Assembly: GCA_026396835.1 (NCBI GenBank)
Contig: JAPLWA010000005.1
Coordinates: forward strand, 7,435-71,434
From: Candidatus Falkowbacteria bacterium
GTDB taxonomy: Bacteria; Patescibacteriota; Patescibacteriia; Patescibacteriales; Patescibacteriaceae
DNA length: 64,000 nucleotides
Reading direction: 5' to 3'
The position numbers were made by a program, and so were the translations under genes. Below the pieces are notes generated by a model that had not been told where the DNA came from, did not search any database, and saw only the letters and a list, made by a program, of their open reading frames with translations. Numbering within the stretch: the stretch's first letter is position 1; every line of letters starts with the position of its first letter. Shown here in pieces: positions 62,192-64,000 of this stretch.

Positions 62192-62369
62192 TTTAATGGT
62201 TTTTAAGTTAGTTATCCCTAATCTGCGCCAGATTACGGAAAACCAACCTAATAGAGCCATATTTTTCAAAGATCGCAATTTTGTATTATATCACCTTTAT
62301 TCAATTCTGTCAATATTAAGCACGAAAGCCCTGTTTTAATTGGCATTTTTACTATATAATAGTACTACT

Positions 62370-63071
62370 ATGATACAGGCTAAAGACGTAATAACTGAGG
62401 CTAAGAAAAAAGCTAACAAAGAAAAAACCGCTATTTTAGGGCGATTTTTTAAGACTGGGCCAGGACAATACGGCGCCGGTGACGTTTTTTGGGGCTTAAC
62501 AGTCCCCCAATCAAGAACTATTGCTAAAAAATATAGCGATCTTAGTTTAATTGAAATTAAAAAATTATTAGAATCTCCGGTACATGAAATTCGTTTAATT
62601 GCATTACTGATTTTAGTTGAACAATTTACTAAGGGCGATGTATTAAAGCAAAGAGCCATTACTAATTTTTATCTAAAAAATACTAAATATATCAATAACT
62701 GGGATTTAGTAGATTTAAGCGCTAGCAAAATTCTTGGTAGCTGGTTAATCGACAAAGACACGGCCATACTATATAAACTTATTAAGTCAGATAATCTATG
62801 GGAGCGCCGCATTGCAATTGTGGCAACCTACGCTTTTATAAAAGCTGATAGTTTTAAACACACCCTTTCTTTAGCCGAAAAATTATTAAACGATAAACAT
62901 GATTTAATGCATAAAGCCGCTGGTTGGATGCTTAGAGAAATGGGCAAACGATCAATCAATGACTTAAAGGTATTTTTAAAAAATTATACTCGACGGATGC
63001 CGCGTACAATGTTAAGATATGCTATTGAGAAGTTTCCTGAAATTGAACGACAAAAATATTTAAAAAAATAA
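62370..63071 (+). CDS. DNA alkylation repair protein (AlkD-like)
   Basis: FFKTGPGQYG, NNWDLVD, LWERRIA, HKAAGWMLRE, RTMLRYAIE. Confidence 0.9.
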   Translation: MIQAKDVITEAKKKANKEKTAILGRFFKTGPGQYGAGDVFWGLTVPQSRTIAKKYSDLSLIEIKKLLESPVHEIRLIALLILVEQFTKGDVLKQRAITNFYLKNTKYINNWDLVDLSASKILGSWLIDKDTAILYKLIKSDNLWERRIAIVATYAFIKADSFKHTLSLAEKLLNDKHDLMHKAAGWMLREMGKRSINDLKVFLKNYTRRMPRTMLRYAIEKFPEIERQKYLKK

Positions 63072-63082
63072 AATAATATATT

Positions 63083-64000
63083 ATGCATACAAAAATAATA
63101 GCCACACTTGGACCATCATCTAATAAATACGAAATGATGCGCTCGCTAGCTAAAGCGGGCGTTAATATATTCCGCCTTAATTTTTCACATGCTGATGAAA
63201 AACAATTCTTCACCGTTAAAAAGCAGCTAAGTAACATTAAATCGGAAACCGGCTTAACAGTTAAATTAATCCAAGACTTACAAGGCCCTCGTATTCGTAT
63301 CGGCTTACTTAGTCATGAAGTTGAAATGAAGGATGGCGAAACTTATGTTTTTGTTTATGGAAAAAAATCTAGCATTGATAATTTAGAAATACCAATTGAC
63401 CGTAAGAGTTTATTTAATGAAGTAAAAGTTGGTCATCCCTTATTTTTAAGTAATGGCGCCATTGAATTAAAAGTTCTTAAAATCGCTAACAAAAAAATCT
63501 ACGCTCAAGTTGAACGCGGCGGCCTTCTCACTTCTCGTAAAGGCATTAACTTACCAAAAACTAACTTAAAGCAAGGCGGACTAACTCCCAAGGATATTAA
63601 AGACGCTATCTTTGGCGCTAAGCACGGCGTTGATTTTATAGCCCTATCATTTGTGCAATCTAAGGCTGATGTTATTAAGTTAAAAAAACTTTTGCTTAGC
63701 TTAAAACTAAAAACAATGCCGCAAATCATTGCTAAAATTGAACGCGCTACAGCCCTACCTTTAGTTGATGAAATCATTAAAGAAGCCGATGGTATAATGG
63801 TGGCACGCGGTGATCTTGGTATTGAATGCCCTCTAGAAGATTTACCTATAATTCAAAAGAATCTTATTCGTCATGCCCATTGGCATGATAAGCCAGCCAT
63901 AGTGGCCACGGAAATGTTAACTTCAATGATGGAGCACCAAAGGCCGACTCGCGCCGAAGTTGGTGATATTGCCAATGCTATTTTTGATGGCGCTGATGCA
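63083..64000 (+). CDS. pyk: pyruvate kinase (partial; runs off window end)
   Basis: Manual translation: MHTKIIATLGPSS, FRLNFSH, DLQGPRIR, IAKIE, DGIMVARGDLG, ATEMLTSM..PTRAEVGD. Confidence 0.96.
   Translation, partial: MHTKIIATLGPSSNKYEMMRSLAKAGVNIFRLNFSHADEKQFFTVKKQLSNIKSETGLTVKLIQDLQGPRIRIGLLSHEVEMKDGETYVFVYGKKSSIDNLEIPIDRKSLFNEVKVGHPLFLSNGAIELKVLKIANKKIYAQVERGGLLTSRKGINLPKTNLKQGGLTPKDIKDAIFGAKHGVDFIALSFVQSKADVIKLKKLLLSLKLKTMPQIIAKIERATALPLVDEIIKEADGIMVARGDLGIECPLEDLPIIQKNLIRHAHWHDKPAIVATEMLTSMMEHQRPTRAEVGDIANAIFDGADA

Overview
AT-rich bacterial chromosome segment read with the standard code. Gene content and style (ftsH, 4-domain rpsA, gyrA, der, pth, rpsO-NYN-pnp, a single Xer recombinase, pilin/FISUMP proteins, class II RNR, core genes largely lacking Shine-Dalgarno sites) fit a Patescibacteria/CPR genome (inference). 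Bases 1-23.6 kb are mostly housekeeping genes, with small non-coding inverted-repeat elements between them. After tRNA-Arg and tRNA-His lies an accessory island (about 23.6-35.2 kb) with no integrase. It consists of self-contained gene units separated by 6-7 copies of a conserved ~25-bp motif (TATAAGATAAGYTCRTMRRCGACC) followed by a terminator, i.e. a cassette-array architecture. One cassette carries an atypical tRNA-Cys-like RNA ending 2 nt before a PvcA/DIT1-like enzyme gene, then nucleotidyltransferase and HIT genes. Several orphan minus-strand genes share a promoter + boxA-like + hairpin leader. The rest holds transporters, an ECF sigma locus, mgtA, a CsoR-CopA copper operon, nrdJ-pduO-pyrD with NrdR boxes, an AlkD-like gene and partial pyk. 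At least three genes are interrupted. All calls are by eye; no database searches were run.
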